DNA of 64,000 nucleotides from the human T2T-CHM13v2.0 reference genome, Homo sapiens. Position 1 is the stretch's first letter, and each line of letters begins with the position of its first letter. The stretch lies in assembly GCF_009914755.1 (NCBI RefSeq), contig NC_060925.1, one strand, 5' to 3'. The notes under the pieces are model-generated. The model made no database searches, was not told the origin of the DNA, and worked only from the letters and a program-made list of their open reading frames with translations. Of the stretch, positions 41,181 to 57,032 are shown piece by piece. The translations under genes and the position numbers were made by a program.

Positions 41181-44100
41181 ACATCTAATTTTGAGCCACC
41201 TAACTTTGAAAGAACAAGGATTGATTAATCCAATGTCAGCATACAGTATACCATTAGATGTGAGCCCCTCTTGGCAAACTTGATAAAAGTGTGAGAAAAA
41301 AATTACCTAGAAGACTAATAAATACAGAATAGTCACATATAATTTCTGTTTAAAGATTTATACCTTACCAATTTCCCCAAAATGATTTAACACAACTCAT
41401 TAAATATTTGTAAAATAATTTAAATCTTAAAATATATATTGGGAACCAGTTAGGAGGAGAGAGAAAAAGACACCGGTTCCTAGACCAGCTTGGTTATTGT
41501 ACTTGGACATTTCTTAGGCTCTGAATTTTATGGACGCTAAGGCAAATGGATCACAAAGGAGTAAAAGATAGGGGAAGGGAACAAAAGCATTTAGTGTGCT
41601 CCCACTGTGTGCAGATCATTCTGTTGGCCACTTTCCCATACCTTACGCCCTTTATTCTCACAACAGACCCTTGAGGTAGTTACCGTTATTTTCATCCACA
41701 TCAAAGTATGTGGCAGAGGCAGGATTTGAACCAAGCCTATTTGACTCCAAAGCCTGTATGTATTTTTTTACTAGGTTTAGGTTTTATTATTCTTACCCAA
41801 TAAAGTGACATATGATTTGTCTGGAGATACCTAGTCTTCCTTTGAGGATTTTTTAAAAAATGGATCCCTATGTAGAGAACATTGGGTAAAATCATAGTAA
41901 CCTATGAAAAGTAGGTATTCAATCAATGTTTATGGAATAACATGAGTAAATAAATGCATGGATAATAAGATGAAGGATATCTTCTTTAATTTTATAAGCT
42001 AAGTAACTGTTTTTTGTAAATGCTTCTATGTTAACTATTAACCTCTATAAAAAACAAAGCCATATCTTAGCTTCATAATTCAGTCTAAGGCAGTTAGGTA
42101 AATACTTAACAATTTAATATTTTATGTTTTTTTCTTTCATAGTTTAATTTCTCAAAAGAATAGCCGAGGCCCCCCTTATCTTTACTTCTTCCACCCCTAT
42201 TTACTTCTCAACCCACTGAAATGTGCTCCGTGTTTCCTCTGATTCTGTTCAAGGTCAATAATGAACTCATTAATTCTAATCCAAGGGACACTTTGCATTC
42301 TCTGTCTTTTTTGGTCTCTCAGGGGCATTTAACATTCTTAGCCACTTGTTCCGTCTTCCTCTTTACCTCTCTGGCTGCTCCTTTGTAATCTTCTCTTTTA
42401 TATTCACTCATGAAGTATTGAGGATTTTCATGGATCTGTCACGGGTTGTGTTCTGCTTGCCTTCTACTCTGCACCTCCCTGGGTCATCTCATCCACTCTC
42501 ATAACTCCAGCTGCCAGCTTCATGCAGAAGACTCTCAAATCTGAAAACTGGGATCAACTATTTTTTATATCCAAATACTCTAAATGAAGATCTAAGCCAA
42601 GACTGTCTATCTTGAAAGTAAGTTATTTCTGTCTATGGAGGCAAAGGCTCACGTAGGAAGTGAAGAATCTTATATATTTCTAAGCCATTTCTTGGTAGTC
42701 AGTCACGTATTAGGAGTCAGTTCTGTGTGTTTTTAAATACAGCATTGAACGACTCAGTGTTTGTTGTTATTAGTGATTTGTTGGACAGGATAGAGAGAAA
42801 GCACAGTTATTTAAAGATAAAGTGTTTGTAGCCCTTCTCAATTGAATAGCATACATACAGATAAGATGTCTGTGAAATTTTAATAGAAATCAATGTGAAA
42901 TAAGATTCAATTTATAAAATCTCAAATTACAGGCAACTTGTCAAAGCCTAGCTGTTGTGTAAACGTGGGAATTCACACAAGGAAAAGATGATTGATTGGT
43001 TGATTGATTATATAACATGAGTTACATTCTATCCAATTGCACCTGAATATATTCACAGACGCAGCTGGATGGCTCTGATTTAGAGAACAAGTATTTTCTT
43101 CTTTTCACACAATCTGTTCCTAGAAGCGCCATCAAAACATAAATATTATTTTCTCATAATAATATAAGGCATAGTGATTTTATTCTTAGCCAAGGATTTA
43201 GTGTTGTAGAATTAGTTATAATTAACAATGTGTTAGTAAAGTTGAGATAGTATTTTAAACCTATCTGAGTACTTAAAATAATGTAATTTTGCTCCAGATT
43301 CTGCCAAAAAAAATGGAAATTATTTAACCTAGGATTCTAATAACTAACAGTATCCATAGCATTAAAAATTACCTTTACATATTGTAAATGTCACCTGCCT
43401 ACAAATAACATGTCCATTAAAGTAAACATTACTTAAATATGCAGCTCAACAGGGCCTGGTTTCTTTACAATTAACTAGAAAATTTGAACTAAATCTTCCT
43501 GAAGATTTCTTCTCTATTAAAAACAAAAGCTGCCTCCTTTCCTTGCTTCACAGCTTTTTGGACCTGCCTGTGATGAGTGTCCTTTATTGCCCAGTGTAAT
43601 TTTGCCATGGTTTTTAGCAATCTGCAAACACTCCAGCCCAGGTAACCTGACGGTAGCATAGACAGGAAAGGAGGGGATGTGAATTTCTGCCTCTCTGCCT
43701 CTAGTGGGGCTGCTAAGGTACCAGCCATCTAAACATCTGCCCAGGTCTTGGTGCAGTCCAGCTTTTCAGCAGAGTCAAGGGCAGAAATTCTGCCCGACTT
43801 CTGTGTCTGGTACCTATTTGTACAATGCAGAGGTCCCATGCAAATTGTTTTCCTTTGAAATGACCTTAATGATTTCTTCAGGTTTCAACTACAGTAAATA
43901 ATTTGTTAAATAAAAATATTAGAATGAAAGGGGGGAAAAGAAATTACTTCCTCTAGCAAATGAGACTCTTAAATTCAAATTTAATTAACCAAGACGCCCC
44001 CAAACCACAGAGCATGTCACCCAGCGTTGACAATTAATTAGCTTTGCTCTGAAAGAGCTACAGGTACCCAGCAAAGAGTTACGGATTAAAGGCTTTACTC

Positions 44101-44859
44101 GCTCTGCGAAGGCTGCCCATTTCTAGCTATCACACCTTGATAGTGGTTTGTTGCTTCAGGCAACAAATTACATCTGAAGTGTGTGATTTCATGTCCGTTT
44201 TTAATTTCACACAATTGAAATATGGGAAAAGTGAAAATAAAGCTCTACTTCTTTTCAAAATAAAGCTCTATTTCTTTCAAAATAAAGACATTAAAAGTGA
44301 ACAACACTACTTCTTTTCGGTTTCTCATGCTGTTCAAGATAATTTTCTATCAAACGGTGAAGGAAGATAAATACTAAGGAAAACTCTAAAGGAATGAGTG
44401 GTCACTCTTGGCTTTTAGGCGGGCTCTCTGTTTATGGTAGACCATTCAGCTTCTTCCTTTTAGCATTAAATTAGCATATGTATAAATGATTTAACTAGAA
44501 ACTTGGAGCTAGCATCTAAAAGGCAGCATGGTGTAATGAAAAGAACATTAGATTCCTTCGATTCTTGAAATCAGATTATCTGGGATATGCTTATCCCTTG
44601 AAGGAATCTTAATTTTAGTTGGATAGTCCTTAAACTAGAAAAGATATACGTACATATTTTATAGACAATTGCTTCTCAGCCGAAAAATCAGGCACTGACA
44701 TTCCATGAGGAATGGACTTTAATTAGCCGGTGATTGTCTTTCTCTGTCTATATTTATAGGCAACCGAAATAGCTGGGTTGTAGGTACATGGTTTCATCAA
44801 TTCCATTTAATAAGACCAGCCAGTTCACTATCATTCATGTTCATGAAAGATAGGAATAA

Positions 44860-45215
<356 letters not shown>

Positions 45216-47104
45216 CGGGATGGCTTTTTAATGCATGTTTAAATGGATCTGGTGTCTTAGGTGTTTACAGTTCTTTTAATTTATGTATTAAGCCCAGTTT
45301 CCATAATTGCATACTAGGTGGAACTTAGGAAAAGGCAAGAAGCTATTAAGTTTCCCTGGTACTAAGCAGGCCTGGGGGTGGGCAGATCAGGCCAGGAACA
45401 TAAAGACCTGCAGTCAGGGAGCATCCGATAAGAACGGATTGATGGTCAAAAGGTCAGCTGGCACAGGGAAAAGTACGTGTGCACCTAAGTGCAGATGAAA
45501 AAGAAAGATCCACCCACACTGGCGCCGAGGCTTGCAAGTGGATGTCTGGCAAGCAAGCAGAAGCCGAGATGCAGATCAGGAAGCTAAAATAAAGAAGCTG
45601 GGGCATCTGGGAAGACCGAGACCCAGGGCTCCGCACAGGCTAAACAGCAGGAAGAAGAGCGAGTAGAATTGGGGTATAGGCGTGGCCAGGTCATCAGTTA
45701 CCCAGGTGCACGGCGGCTGTCAGGAGGTCAGGCAGCAGGCAAAACTCTGTTCACAGGTAGGATAGTGTGAGGGATCCTGCCCGCTGTGCTTTCTCAAGTA
45801 GGGACTTTTTACCTCTCATTGTCCAACGTACTTCTGCTTTTCTCCTCCCTGATGAAGATCTTGTGACTGTGTACTGGCAGGTTGGAGCCCACCCCTCCAG
45901 GACAGCAGGGAGCAAAGGAAGGGTAGCTTTGTAGGTGTGGGTGGAGATAAATATTCATGCATGGGCAATGAAGCAGCTCTAAGCTATGGAATCACATGTC
46001 AACCCATATGTCACGTGGCATCAAAGGCAGTTTATACATTGGTAAAATGTTCCTTTGAACTTTTCTATTCCACAGGAATTGGGAATAAGTTTTGGGTTAT
46101 TTCATCTTCCAGTGTCCTTAAAAATGTGGAGCATGCTCTCTCTTAAAAATATGAATGGTTGCTGTGGCTTAGAGCAAGTCGCCACCTTCCCGAGGTCATC
46201 CAACTCTCAGAAACAGAACTTCTCTGTTTTAATGAGTGTTTTTCTCTAGATCTTGACCTAGAACTTGTTGTCTAGGCAGTATCTGGGTCTGACTTACTAG
46301 GTTTGCTGGACAGACAGAAATAGAAAAGTGCAATGAGACAATCGATATGTTCTTAGGTGCCCACAGAGTGTGGCACCAACTTATCAAGTTCTGGACAAAA
46401 TTAGATTCATTAGTGCAGAAGTCCTCAACCTTCTCTTGGGTCCTGAAGCCCAGCTTTTGCAGATGGCGTCTTAGTCATTAGTAAGGCCGCTCCATCGGAG
46501 TCCCCGTCATACAAAATATTAAAGGAAGCTGTGAAGATCGGTTGCAGTGTCTGCTATCCTGCTGTCGTCTGGCCAGAGGTGAGCCGAGACTGTGGGGCAG
46601 CGGGGTACTGAGCAGCTGCTGTATAATGAGCCGAGAGGGGTTAACCCCTGGCAAGGCAAGCAGAAGAGTCATTCTTAACATGCTTAGAATCCCAATATTC
46701 ATTGCAGCAGCTTCACCAACCCTGAAAAACCACAGCATCAGATGGTTTCTTAGTAAATACACTTATCAGAAACAGAGGCAGAGGGTGCTTCCCTTTGAAC
46801 TTCTGAGACAAAAGCCCCCAGCAAGGCATGGATTCTGCCACCGACGGAGTATTTATTTGGTCTTTCTAAAATCCAGATCTCTGCAGCCAGGAAATAACAA
46901 ACTCTTGCTTTGTACTTCTGTTTAGCCTTCCATGCCAATGACTATTTTTTTAATTAAATATTTTCTGCTTTATTTTTGTGTACAAAAGTGTCTATTTTCA
47001 CACAGGGAACTTGGCTCAGCAAACATTCGTAGTTACTTGGCTTTAAACAAAGGAGAAGGTTTTACATTGAATAGCTTTTATTTAAAAATTGGTTTATACT
47101 ATCG

Positions 47105-47990
47105 AAAGGAAACATTGAGGAAACCCCCCAGGGCATTTGGACTGGGCACAGATTTCTTGAGGAACACCCCACAAGCACAGGTAACCAAAGCAAAAACGGA
47201 CAAATGGGATCACATCAGGTTAAAAAGCTGCCGCACAGCACAGGAAACAATCAACAAGGTGAAGAGACAACCCACAGAATGGGAGAAAATATTTGCAAAC
47301 TATCCATCTGACAAGGGATTAATACCCAGAATATATAAGGAGCTCAAACAACTCTATGGAAAAAAAAATCTAATAATCCAATTTAAAAATGGGCAAAAGA
47401 TCTGAATAGACATTTCTCGAAAGAAGACATACAAGTGGCAGACAGGTACATGAAAAGGTGCTCAACATCATTCATTGATCATCATAGAAATGCAAATCAA
47501 AACTACAATGAGATTATCATCTCACCACAGTTAAAATGGCTTTTATCCAAAAATCAGGCAATAACAAATGCTGGTGAGGATGTGGAGAAAAGGGAACCCT
47601 CATACACTGTGGATGGGAATGTAAATTAGTACAACCACTGTAGAGAACAGTTTGGAGCTTCCTCAAAAAACTAACAATTGAACTACCACGCAATCTAGCA
47701 ATGGTAGTACTGGGTATTTATCCAAAGGATAGGAGGTCAGTATATCAAAGAGATAGCCAAGCTCCCATGTTTATTGCAGCACTATTCACAATAGTCAAGA
47801 GTTGGAAGCAATCTAAGCATCCATCAATAGACAAATGAATAAAGAAAAGGTGGTACATATACAGAATGGAGTACTCTTCAGCCATAAAGAAGAATGAGAT
47901 CCTGCCATTTGCAACAACATGGATGGAACTGGAGGTCATTATGTTAAGTGAAATTAGCGAGGCCCAGAAAAACAGACTTCACATGTTTTT
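47105..47990 (+). mobile_element. L1 (L1MA/L1PB-type) ORF2 C-terminal fragment and 3' region
   Basis: Translated remnant [56 protein letters not shown] is classic L1 ORF2p. Confidence 0.95.
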
Positions 47991-48684
47991 ATGTGTGCTG
48001 CCCAGATGACACAATTCAGGAAAATCTTTCAGCTCCTACCAGAGAGTAAAGCTCTTCAGCTGTAGTGGGTTTACCTGCTGTGTGTCTTCAGGCTTCTCCC
48101 AGTTCTTTATCTCTGCTGTGGAGCCAATATAAAGTTATCAATAACATTTGGTGGTGTAGATGCTTCTCATCTGTGCAATTTAGGAGTAGACTCTAATACA
48201 GAGCAGCTGCTGGGTGAACCAAAGATGGCTTTAGTGATATTTATAGCTTATTGATTGCATAGTTCTTTGTCTGTGATTATCATTCAATAAATACTGATGG
48301 ACTGAGTTTCCCGGAACACTGAGATTCGTTTTAAGCAGCTTCCAGCATTCTTTCTGTGTATGTGGGGGGAGGTTCAGGAGGCAGTAGAAGGTGGCCATAA
48401 TAATGTTGTCTTGTGGTGGTAGTAGTTGTTATAATTTCCCTTTTATATCCTAATTCTGGCCACGACCTAACTCACTGTACTGAGACATTTTCCCCCTATA
48501 ATATGGAGATATGTTGCTAAGCAACCAGATCAGTAATTGGTAAGTGCTTATGTATAATATGATTTGATTTGAGTTACATACAAAAATATGTAAATGGTTT
48601 TTTATCTTCATTATTAGATAAATGATTATCATTTGGTTTTATTTTGCCCAAATAAAATAACTGCTTTCATTTACCAAAATTAAC

Positions 48685-48890
48685 ATGATGTAGTAGAAAG
48701 GCCTTGGATTTAGAGGATGGAAACACGAATGCAAGTCCCAGGTCTGAGAGTCAGCAGCCCTGTGGCCATGGCTAAAGTCAGGGAACTTGCCAGGCCTCGT
48801 TCTTTTTTTTCAACCCGTAATGTGTGGTACAAATACCTTCTCTGCTGGCCTCCCAGGGCCAGGTTAAGGATGGATGTGATGATGTATAGA
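48685..48890 (+). mobile_element. MIR SINE
   Basis: atgatgtagtagaaaggccttggatttagag...; diverged core. Confidence 0.55.
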
Positions 48891-49197
48891 AAATGTTTTA
48901 AGAAAAAAAAAATCCAAGGTCTAAGCATTGTCTAGAATTCCAGGCTACTTAATCTTGGAACTCTGAGTCTGTTAGTATAATTCCAAAGGCTGGATTGACT
49001 AAGAAGTACTGTCCTCCAGCAGGGCACAGAGCCATAGGGCAGGTCTGCGCCTATAGAAGAAAGTAAACACATGGCATGGACCCTGAATAAGTGAACAGTG
49101 CAGTGATGGTGGCGAGGCAGAAGCAAAAGGCCACATGGTCAAGCACCCTGTCATTAAGCATTAAAACATAAGATAGATCATCTCAAGACCAACTGCT

Positions 49198-49498
49198 GGC
49201 CAGGTGCAGTGGCTCACACCTGTTATTCCTGCACTTTGGGAGGCTGAGATGAGAGGATCACTCGAGGCGAGGAGTTCAAGACCATCCTGGGCAACAAAGT
49301 GAGTCCCTGTCTCTACACAAAAAACCTTTTTCAATTAGCCAGGCATGATGGGGCACACCTGTAGTCCTCGCTACTCTCTAGGATCACTTCAGCCCAGAAG
49401 TTTGAGGCTGCAGTGGGCTATGATCATGCCACAGCACTCCAGCATGGTGACAGAGCCAGACCCTGTCCTTAAGAAAAAAACAAAGCAAACAACAAAAA
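49198..49498 (+). mobile_element. AluJ
   Basis: AluJ diagnostics; TSD aactgct. Confidence 0.9.
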
Positions 49499-49535
49499 GA
49501 CAACTGCTATAAGACTTCAAGGGGAAGGACAATGA

Positions 49536-49912
<377 letters not shown>

Positions 49913-51544
49913 GGGAAATTTTTAAGGGTAAATTCACAGCGATGATTTCCATTGGTTAACTCTGTGCATTAACATGCAAATGTCAATCCATTTCCAAATG
50001 ATAACAGTGCCTGGCTGTAGTATTTTAACATGATATTGTTTGAGGCTAATGGCCACCATGTTTGCCTCCTAGCAGTAAACATGTTATTTGAAGTCATGTC
50101 ATGAATTACCTTCCTGCACTAATGAAATAGATAATTTACATAAAAATCAGGAAAAAAAAAACCCCAGCCCCATATGCTTTTCAATCTCTAGAGCCATGGA
50201 AATGACCTCCCTGACAGCCAATTAGAAAATACAAAGGTGAAGGTGGATGCTCTTATTCCCGATACGGAGAAGTTCCAGAATGACTAGCGTGCTTCTTGGC
50301 TATGCCCAAATACTTTTAAGTAGGTGTTATTTCATAATAAAGCATTAATGGTGTTTGTTACATGTGGATGAATATCTTCACTGTGTCTGGGAGCTCTGCC
50401 TCAGAACGTAGGATCTTGTTCCCTATCCCTGCTGTTTATAATCTGTTTTATTACCTTCTCCCACTGTGTCATGGACCGGATGGTTTTTCTAGGGGCTGCT
50501 GTGATCTGTCTTGTCATTGCTTATTATCAGATAGCCTTAATCCTCAGAACATTGAAATAGTTCTATAATGGCACGTGAGCCATGGCAGCCCACAGCAGCA
50601 CTGGCCATTTTCACATGAAATGGCAGCCTGGATTGTCCTTTACATGCTGACAGGGGAGACTGTCCATCTGCCACCCCTGTCCTGGGTCGGGACCCTTTCT
50701 GTTCAGCAGGTGCAGTGGCTCTGAGAGTCTCACAGTTTTTCAGTTGATATCTCACCCATCAATTACCTGGGTTGGATTTGTAGAGCTCGAATGACCTCTT
50801 AAATTTTATAAACACTTTACCCACCTATTTGAGCATCCCACACTTGAGCACCCCTCAGACAAGATGAAATATTCTTAGGATAGGGTTAGGAACACACAGT
50901 ATTCCTGAAACTTTTAAAGATATAGAGGTCCTTAAAAATTACCATATTGCCTGATTTTCCTGTCTGTGCCCCAAGGAAAGTTCTATTCTTCATGAAGCTA
51001 ATAATTTTTAAAAGATTGCTAGGTCAATATTTTAGTAATCTTTAGACACTAAGGATAGGAGATTTCAATTTAATTCTCATGAGATGCACTTAGAATGACG
51101 GGTTTTCCATTTGAACACCCTGCAGTTCTCACAATCCAGGGTAATAGTCTGACAAATAGTCTATTATACAATTACAAAAAAAAAAAAGTCAAAATCAAGT
51201 TCCCCCTCTAATCTACATAATTGAGACCTAAGACTTTCCCTGCACTTAAAGCCATTGAATCCACCAGATGAGTGTGGACCTCATTTTTTTAGGTTTGGGT
51301 AGATCTGGCCAATGAGAGCAAGTAACCATCCTATGTGAAGCTCATTTCAGTTCTAAACTGATCCTTGAATTCAGATATTGTCATATTGATGCATTAGGAG
51401 AATTGTCTTGGGTGTGAGATGAGTGAGGCTATGGAGAGAAAGGACTGGCACTCAGAGGGAAGACTGAGCTTACTGGGACATTCTAGCCAAGGACAGGCTA
51501 CTGCTCTTCTCCTCACTGCCTGATAATGCTCAGTGTGGCACCAC

Positions 51545-51843
51545 TTTTTTTTTTTTTATTTCTGAGACAGAGTCTCGTGCTGTCCCCCAGGCTGGTGTGC
51601 AGTGGCGTGATCTTGGCTCACTGCAACCTCTGCCTCCCAGGTTCAAGCAATTCTCCTGCCTCAACCTCCTAAATAGCTAGGATTACAGGTGTGCGCCACC
51701 ATGCCCAGCTAATTTTTGTATTTTCAATAGAGATGGGGTTTCACCATGTTAGCCAGGCTGGTCTTGAACTCCTGACCTCGTGATCTGCCTGCCTCGGCCT
51801 CCCAGAGTGCTGGGATTACAGGTGTGAGCCATCGCACCTGGCC
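51545..51843 (-). mobile_element. AluS
   Basis: Full Alu; TSD cacttttt. Confidence 0.95.
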
Positions 51844-52077
51844 CACTTTTTGTTTTTTTATAGGTGTTCAGGAAATATTAATTTCATCCTGCTAGAGAGA
51901 CTTTTTCCTTGAAATAAGGCACAGATAATTATATGAAGCTAATGGATGTTTAAAGATGTATGCTGGGATAAATAGCTTTAGGAAATATATTGTACTATCC
52001 TTGGTAAGAATAAGACAAGTAGTTTTTAAGTTATGGTAGTTTTTAAGTTAATTTTTCTGCTACTGGAAATCTTATAA

Positions 52078-52533
<456 letters not shown>

Positions 52534-53159
52534 TGATTTCTCAACCTTAACCTTCTCTTCTCTGTGTCATTGAAGTGCTATATGAAAAGAACTGAAGCTG
52601 CTGACCTCTAAGACATTGGAATATATAAAAAAAGATCAAACAGCTGCTTATAATGATGTCAAAGATAAAATGCTATTATAGAATCTATGGCTGTAAAAAT
52701 GTGATTTATATTAATTTTTAGTATTCTGAAAATTTCCTGATATATTTATTTTATACACACATTTTAAGAAAATAATTTTATATGCATTCTCAAGATGACT
52801 TCCTCTATCACTGTTTTTCTGCATTGAAGCCAACGGAGGCTTTCCTAAATGGAGTAGAGTCCAGGAGTCATTGCAGAATCTCTATACTGGAAATCATTCT
52901 GGTTCCCCACTGCACGCATCCCTCTCCCTCGTATTCCTGGTAAGCAGTTTTCTACCCACCATTTGGATATTTTCAGTGACAAAACACACTCACTATTTTA
53001 TGAAGCCAACACATCACTAGTGGGTTATTCCAATTTTGAGAGAAATGTCGCTTATACTTATCAAGCTAAAGATGCTTTTATGTTTCACCTGCTGCTTTGG
53101 TACCTGTATTACATAGGTTTAACCCCTATTCAGATACAATACGGTACAATACAGGACAC

Positions 53160-53625
53160 ATAGGCCTAGATTCAGCCTTGGCTCTACTACTTATTATTTA
53201 TTATATTCTTTCAAAGGATCATTGATTAGTGTACTAAATGCTTTACATGTACTGTCATTAAATTCTCATAAAAAGTCTAAAAAAGTAGGTATTATTTTTG
53301 CTTCATCTTCCTATGTGGAAACTGAGGCTTGATAATAATATTTATAATAGTGATGATGATGATGATAGCATTGTCATGTGCCAACTGTGTTCCAGGCACT
53401 GTGCTTGGGCCTTTATAAACATTATCAGAATTTAGGTAACTTCCCTAAGATTATCTACCTAGCATCTAGGAAGCTGGATGTTCAAACTAAGTCAGAAAGG
53501 CCTCAGGATTTAACTGCCTTGAGCTTCACTTGTTTGTCTGTTAAATGGGGGTAATATTGTTCTCCTCACGAGGGCTTCTGAGATTCAAAAAAATGGCTTA
53601 TGAAAGTATCTGGCATCCTTGCTTG
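53160..53625. mobile_element. Cluster of MIR fragments in both orientations
   Basis: gaaactgaggctt, taggtaacttccctaag and ctgttaaatgggggtaata cores. Confidence 0.6.
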
Positions 53626-53739
53626 AAAGATACTTCCACATGTCATTTATTCATTTCTTTAAAGAGAGCTTTCTTGAAAGACTCTTTCCTTCCTCTTTCT
53701 CCAGGTTTCTTTTCTCCAGGCTAAATATCCCCAGCTCCT

Positions 53740-55830
53740 GTAGTCTTCGTTCATTCATTCAAAACATACCGTGAGCTCTCTTCCCTGGTAAAATTTACAT
53801 TCTAGAGGGGAAACAGACAGTAAAGCAATAAACATGGTAACCAAGTAAAGCATCTGCTATGTTACAAGATAATAGGTGTCATGGTTGTGAACAACCAAGA
53901 TAATGGAAATTAGGAGTCTGGGAGTGAGTGGTGTTTTATTGACTGTGGCTGTGTGACAAATTACCCCCAAAACTTAGTGGCTAAAAGCAGCAATGATCAT
54001 TTATCATCTCTCGAGGTTTCTGGGGGTCTAAAATTCAGATAAGACTTAGTGGGTGTGATTTATCTCTGTTCCATGATGTCTGGGACCTCAGGCAGAAGAC
54101 TTGAAGGATGGCATCTGGAATCCTCTAAAGGCTCATTCCTTCATATGTCTGGCAGTTGATACTGGCTGTCTTCTGGGGTCCTCAGTTCTTTTCCACTTGA
54201 CCCTCTCCATGTGACCTGGGCTTCCTCACAGCATGGAAGCTGCGTTCCCACGGTGAGTGTCTCAAGAAAGGAAGCCAGGGAGAGGCCATTATTGCCTTTT
54301 GTATCCAAAGCTCAGAAGCTCTACAGCATCACTTCCATTACATTCTGTTGGCCAGGGCAATTTCAGAGTTTTGCTTGGGTTCAAGAAGGAACATAGACGC
54401 CCACCTCTCAAGGGGAGAGTATCAGTGTCAGGTTGTAAGAAGTGCCTGTGGGAGACACATGGATGCAGCCATCTTTGGAAAGGACTGTCTGCCATGATGG
54501 GCAAGGTAGGTTCACGGATAAGGTAACATTTGAGCGAAGATTTAAAGGAGATGAGGGAGTGAGCCATATGCCCATCTCCATCTCGGCAGAGCATTCCAGG
54601 CTGACTCAAGAGCCTGTGCAAAGGCCCTGAGATGGGGATTGGACCAAGAATATTTGGAGGCTAGGATGACTGGAGCAGAATCATCAAAGAAGAGAGTAGT
54701 AGGAAAAGTGGTCTGAGGGATATGGGGGGAAGGGACAGACCACGTAGGCTTTATAGGCCACTGCAAGTACTTTGGCTTTTACTCTGAGTGATATGGAGAG
54801 CCAAAGGGAGGGCCTTGAGCAGACTTAAATCTTAAAAGAGTTACTCTGGCTCCTTTGTGAATAGGCAGGTGGAGAGCGAGTACAGAAGATGGCAGACAAG
54901 TTAGGAGACTGTGGCAGCAATTCAGCAAGAGAAGTCTGTGGCTCTGACCAAGATGGTAGTAAAGGTGGTGAGAGGTGATGGGATCACAGATCTACTTTGA
55001 AGTTTTAGCCAACAAAACTTCCTGATGGATTATGTGTGAGAAGAAGACAGGTCAGCATCGAAGAAGTCATTGGAAGGATGGAATTGCCATTTTCTGATAC
55101 AGGAAATGCTGAATGTGTAACAGCTTTGCAGGAAAAACATCAGGACTTCAGTTTTAGGGTTGGCAAGCTTGAGATGTTTATTAGATATCCAAGTGGAATT
55201 GTTGAAGAGGTAATTAGATACATAAATAAGGATTTCCAGAGAGGGATCTAAGCTGGAAATAAAAATTGATTAATCATAGGCATTAAGGATGTTATTTAAA
55301 TCATGATCCTGGAAGAAAACACCAAGGGATTGAGTGAAGCAGTAAAGAGGACAAGGACTGAGCCCTGAGGCCTCCATCGTTAAGAAGCTGGGCAGAAGAG
55401 AAGGAACCAGCAAAGGAAACTGGAAAGGAATGGCCAGGGTGTCCTAGAAACCGAGCAGAAAGGGTATCAAGGAGGAAGGACCTACTCACTGCTCTGAGAG
55501 GTCAAGATGGGGCTGAGAACCATTAACTTGAGCAATCATGGTGGTCATTGGGAACCCAGACAAGAGCAGTTTCAGATGAGTCATGGGACACATGCCTGAA
55601 TGGAATGAGCTTATAGATAATGGAAGGAGAGGGCCTGCAGAAGGCCAGCACAGACAACACTTTCCCTGAGTTTTGCGGCCAAGATGGGCAAGGAAGTAGA
55701 ACAGTAGCTGGCTGGGGAAGAATCAGGAGAAGGATTTGTGTTTTATGTTTTAAGATGAGAGAAATAACAACATGTCTATGTGCTGTTGGGAATGATCTAG
55801 TAGCGTGAAAGTTTGTAGGAGGGAGAGGGA
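53740..55830 (-). mobile_element. Long L2 remnant interrupted by an MLT1 LTR
   Basis: (TTCA)n tail, then L2 motifs gcattccagg, tttggcttttactctgagtg, ttagatatccaagtgga and actgagccctgagg. Confidence 0.8.
53930..54490 (-). mobile_element. MLT1 (E/F-like) MaLR LTR
   Basis: acaaattacccccaaaacttagtggct...ctctgttccatgatgtctggg...gggcttcctcacagcatgg...catcacttcc. Confidence 0.8.
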
Positions 55831-57032
55831 GGAGGGAAACCTTGGAGGGATATCCTGGGGTGTGCTTTACTTTCAGGGATCCTCGCTTTTCTCCTCAGCA
55901 GGGGATGTGTGGGGTGGGCCTGGGTGGCAGAGATAAGAAAAAGGAAAAAGCCATGAGGCTACTGCCCGTTCTAAGCTGCCTTTCAGTATCACTCCCTTCC
56001 CCTGTCTGTCTCTCCATGTGGACTGGGAACCCCAGCAGGTAGGGGAGTGGGAACCATAGCCATTGCCTGGTCCTTTTTACACTGTGAAAAGGAACCTTGA
56101 ATGTAGATGGATAAACACCATCTTTTAGTTCCTGGCAGATCACTGTCTTCCTTCTTGTTCTAGTCCTCTGAGACATAGGCAGGCTGGCTTGAGAGCAGGG
56201 AGGGATCGCTGAGCAGAGGTGTGTGCGGGTGTTAGAAGGTGCCGTGATGCCTTGTGCCAATGACTGACCTGGGATGAGTCACTGTTCATTTAGGGAGAGA
56301 ATTTCAAAAGGAATGACTGGTCATTGAATAATTCCATTTCACCCTTGATTTTAGAAGGAAAGTGCCAGGAAGGGTAGCAATGAGATGAAAAAAAAAGTAT
56401 TCCTAGGTTTTTCTTTTCACTGATTGAAAAGAAAGTGTCCCGTGCCTTCCCTTTCTCATCATCCTACAATAGGGTGACTTAGGGTATCTTCCCATCAAAA
56501 TCAGTAATTCCTCACATATCTCTTCCCCCTGTATTTCACTCTTGTGAAACAGATTTTCAGTTTTACAGATGAGAACAATTAAGCTTTGAAATGGTAACAC
56601 CATTTGCTATATTTGTGCAGTGGCAATTTTTTAGCTCAGAATTTATCAAAAGCATGACACTTAATGATACAGAATTAAAACCAGCTATCCCAGACCATTG
56701 AAGGAGACCGGGGTCGGGGAGGGAGAGGCGGTGCAAACGGTGTTGCTTTTGTCTTTCTGACCTGCTTCTCTCGTGATGTGTTCTGCAACTGGTAAGAACA
56801 TTGGATGAATTATAAGATTTTAATCAGTAGAATAAAGTCAGGGCGGTCCTTTCATTTTAAGCAGCAGCTCAAACATTTGATGAGGAAATTAGAATCCTTA
56901 GAATAAGAGTTTAGTGTGTAAACATCAAGAATTCATCCAGAAATGAGTATATTAGAGTCTGTGAAATGCCTTCGCCTCACACTGCCCCTTCCCCTGTTTT
57001 CTTCTTCTTTTCTGTGATAAGATGATCATGGA

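Noticed and set aside
46932-47405. 157-aa ORF with protein-like content
   Set aside because: Fragment of L1 ORF2p from a dead, truncated element
56700-56797. Second alternative first exon (ATG TGT TCT GCA ACT G|gtaaga)
   Set aside because: The ATG frame is phase 1 and hits a stop shortly after joining the KIF26B exon; no promoter evidence beyond a short G-rich patch
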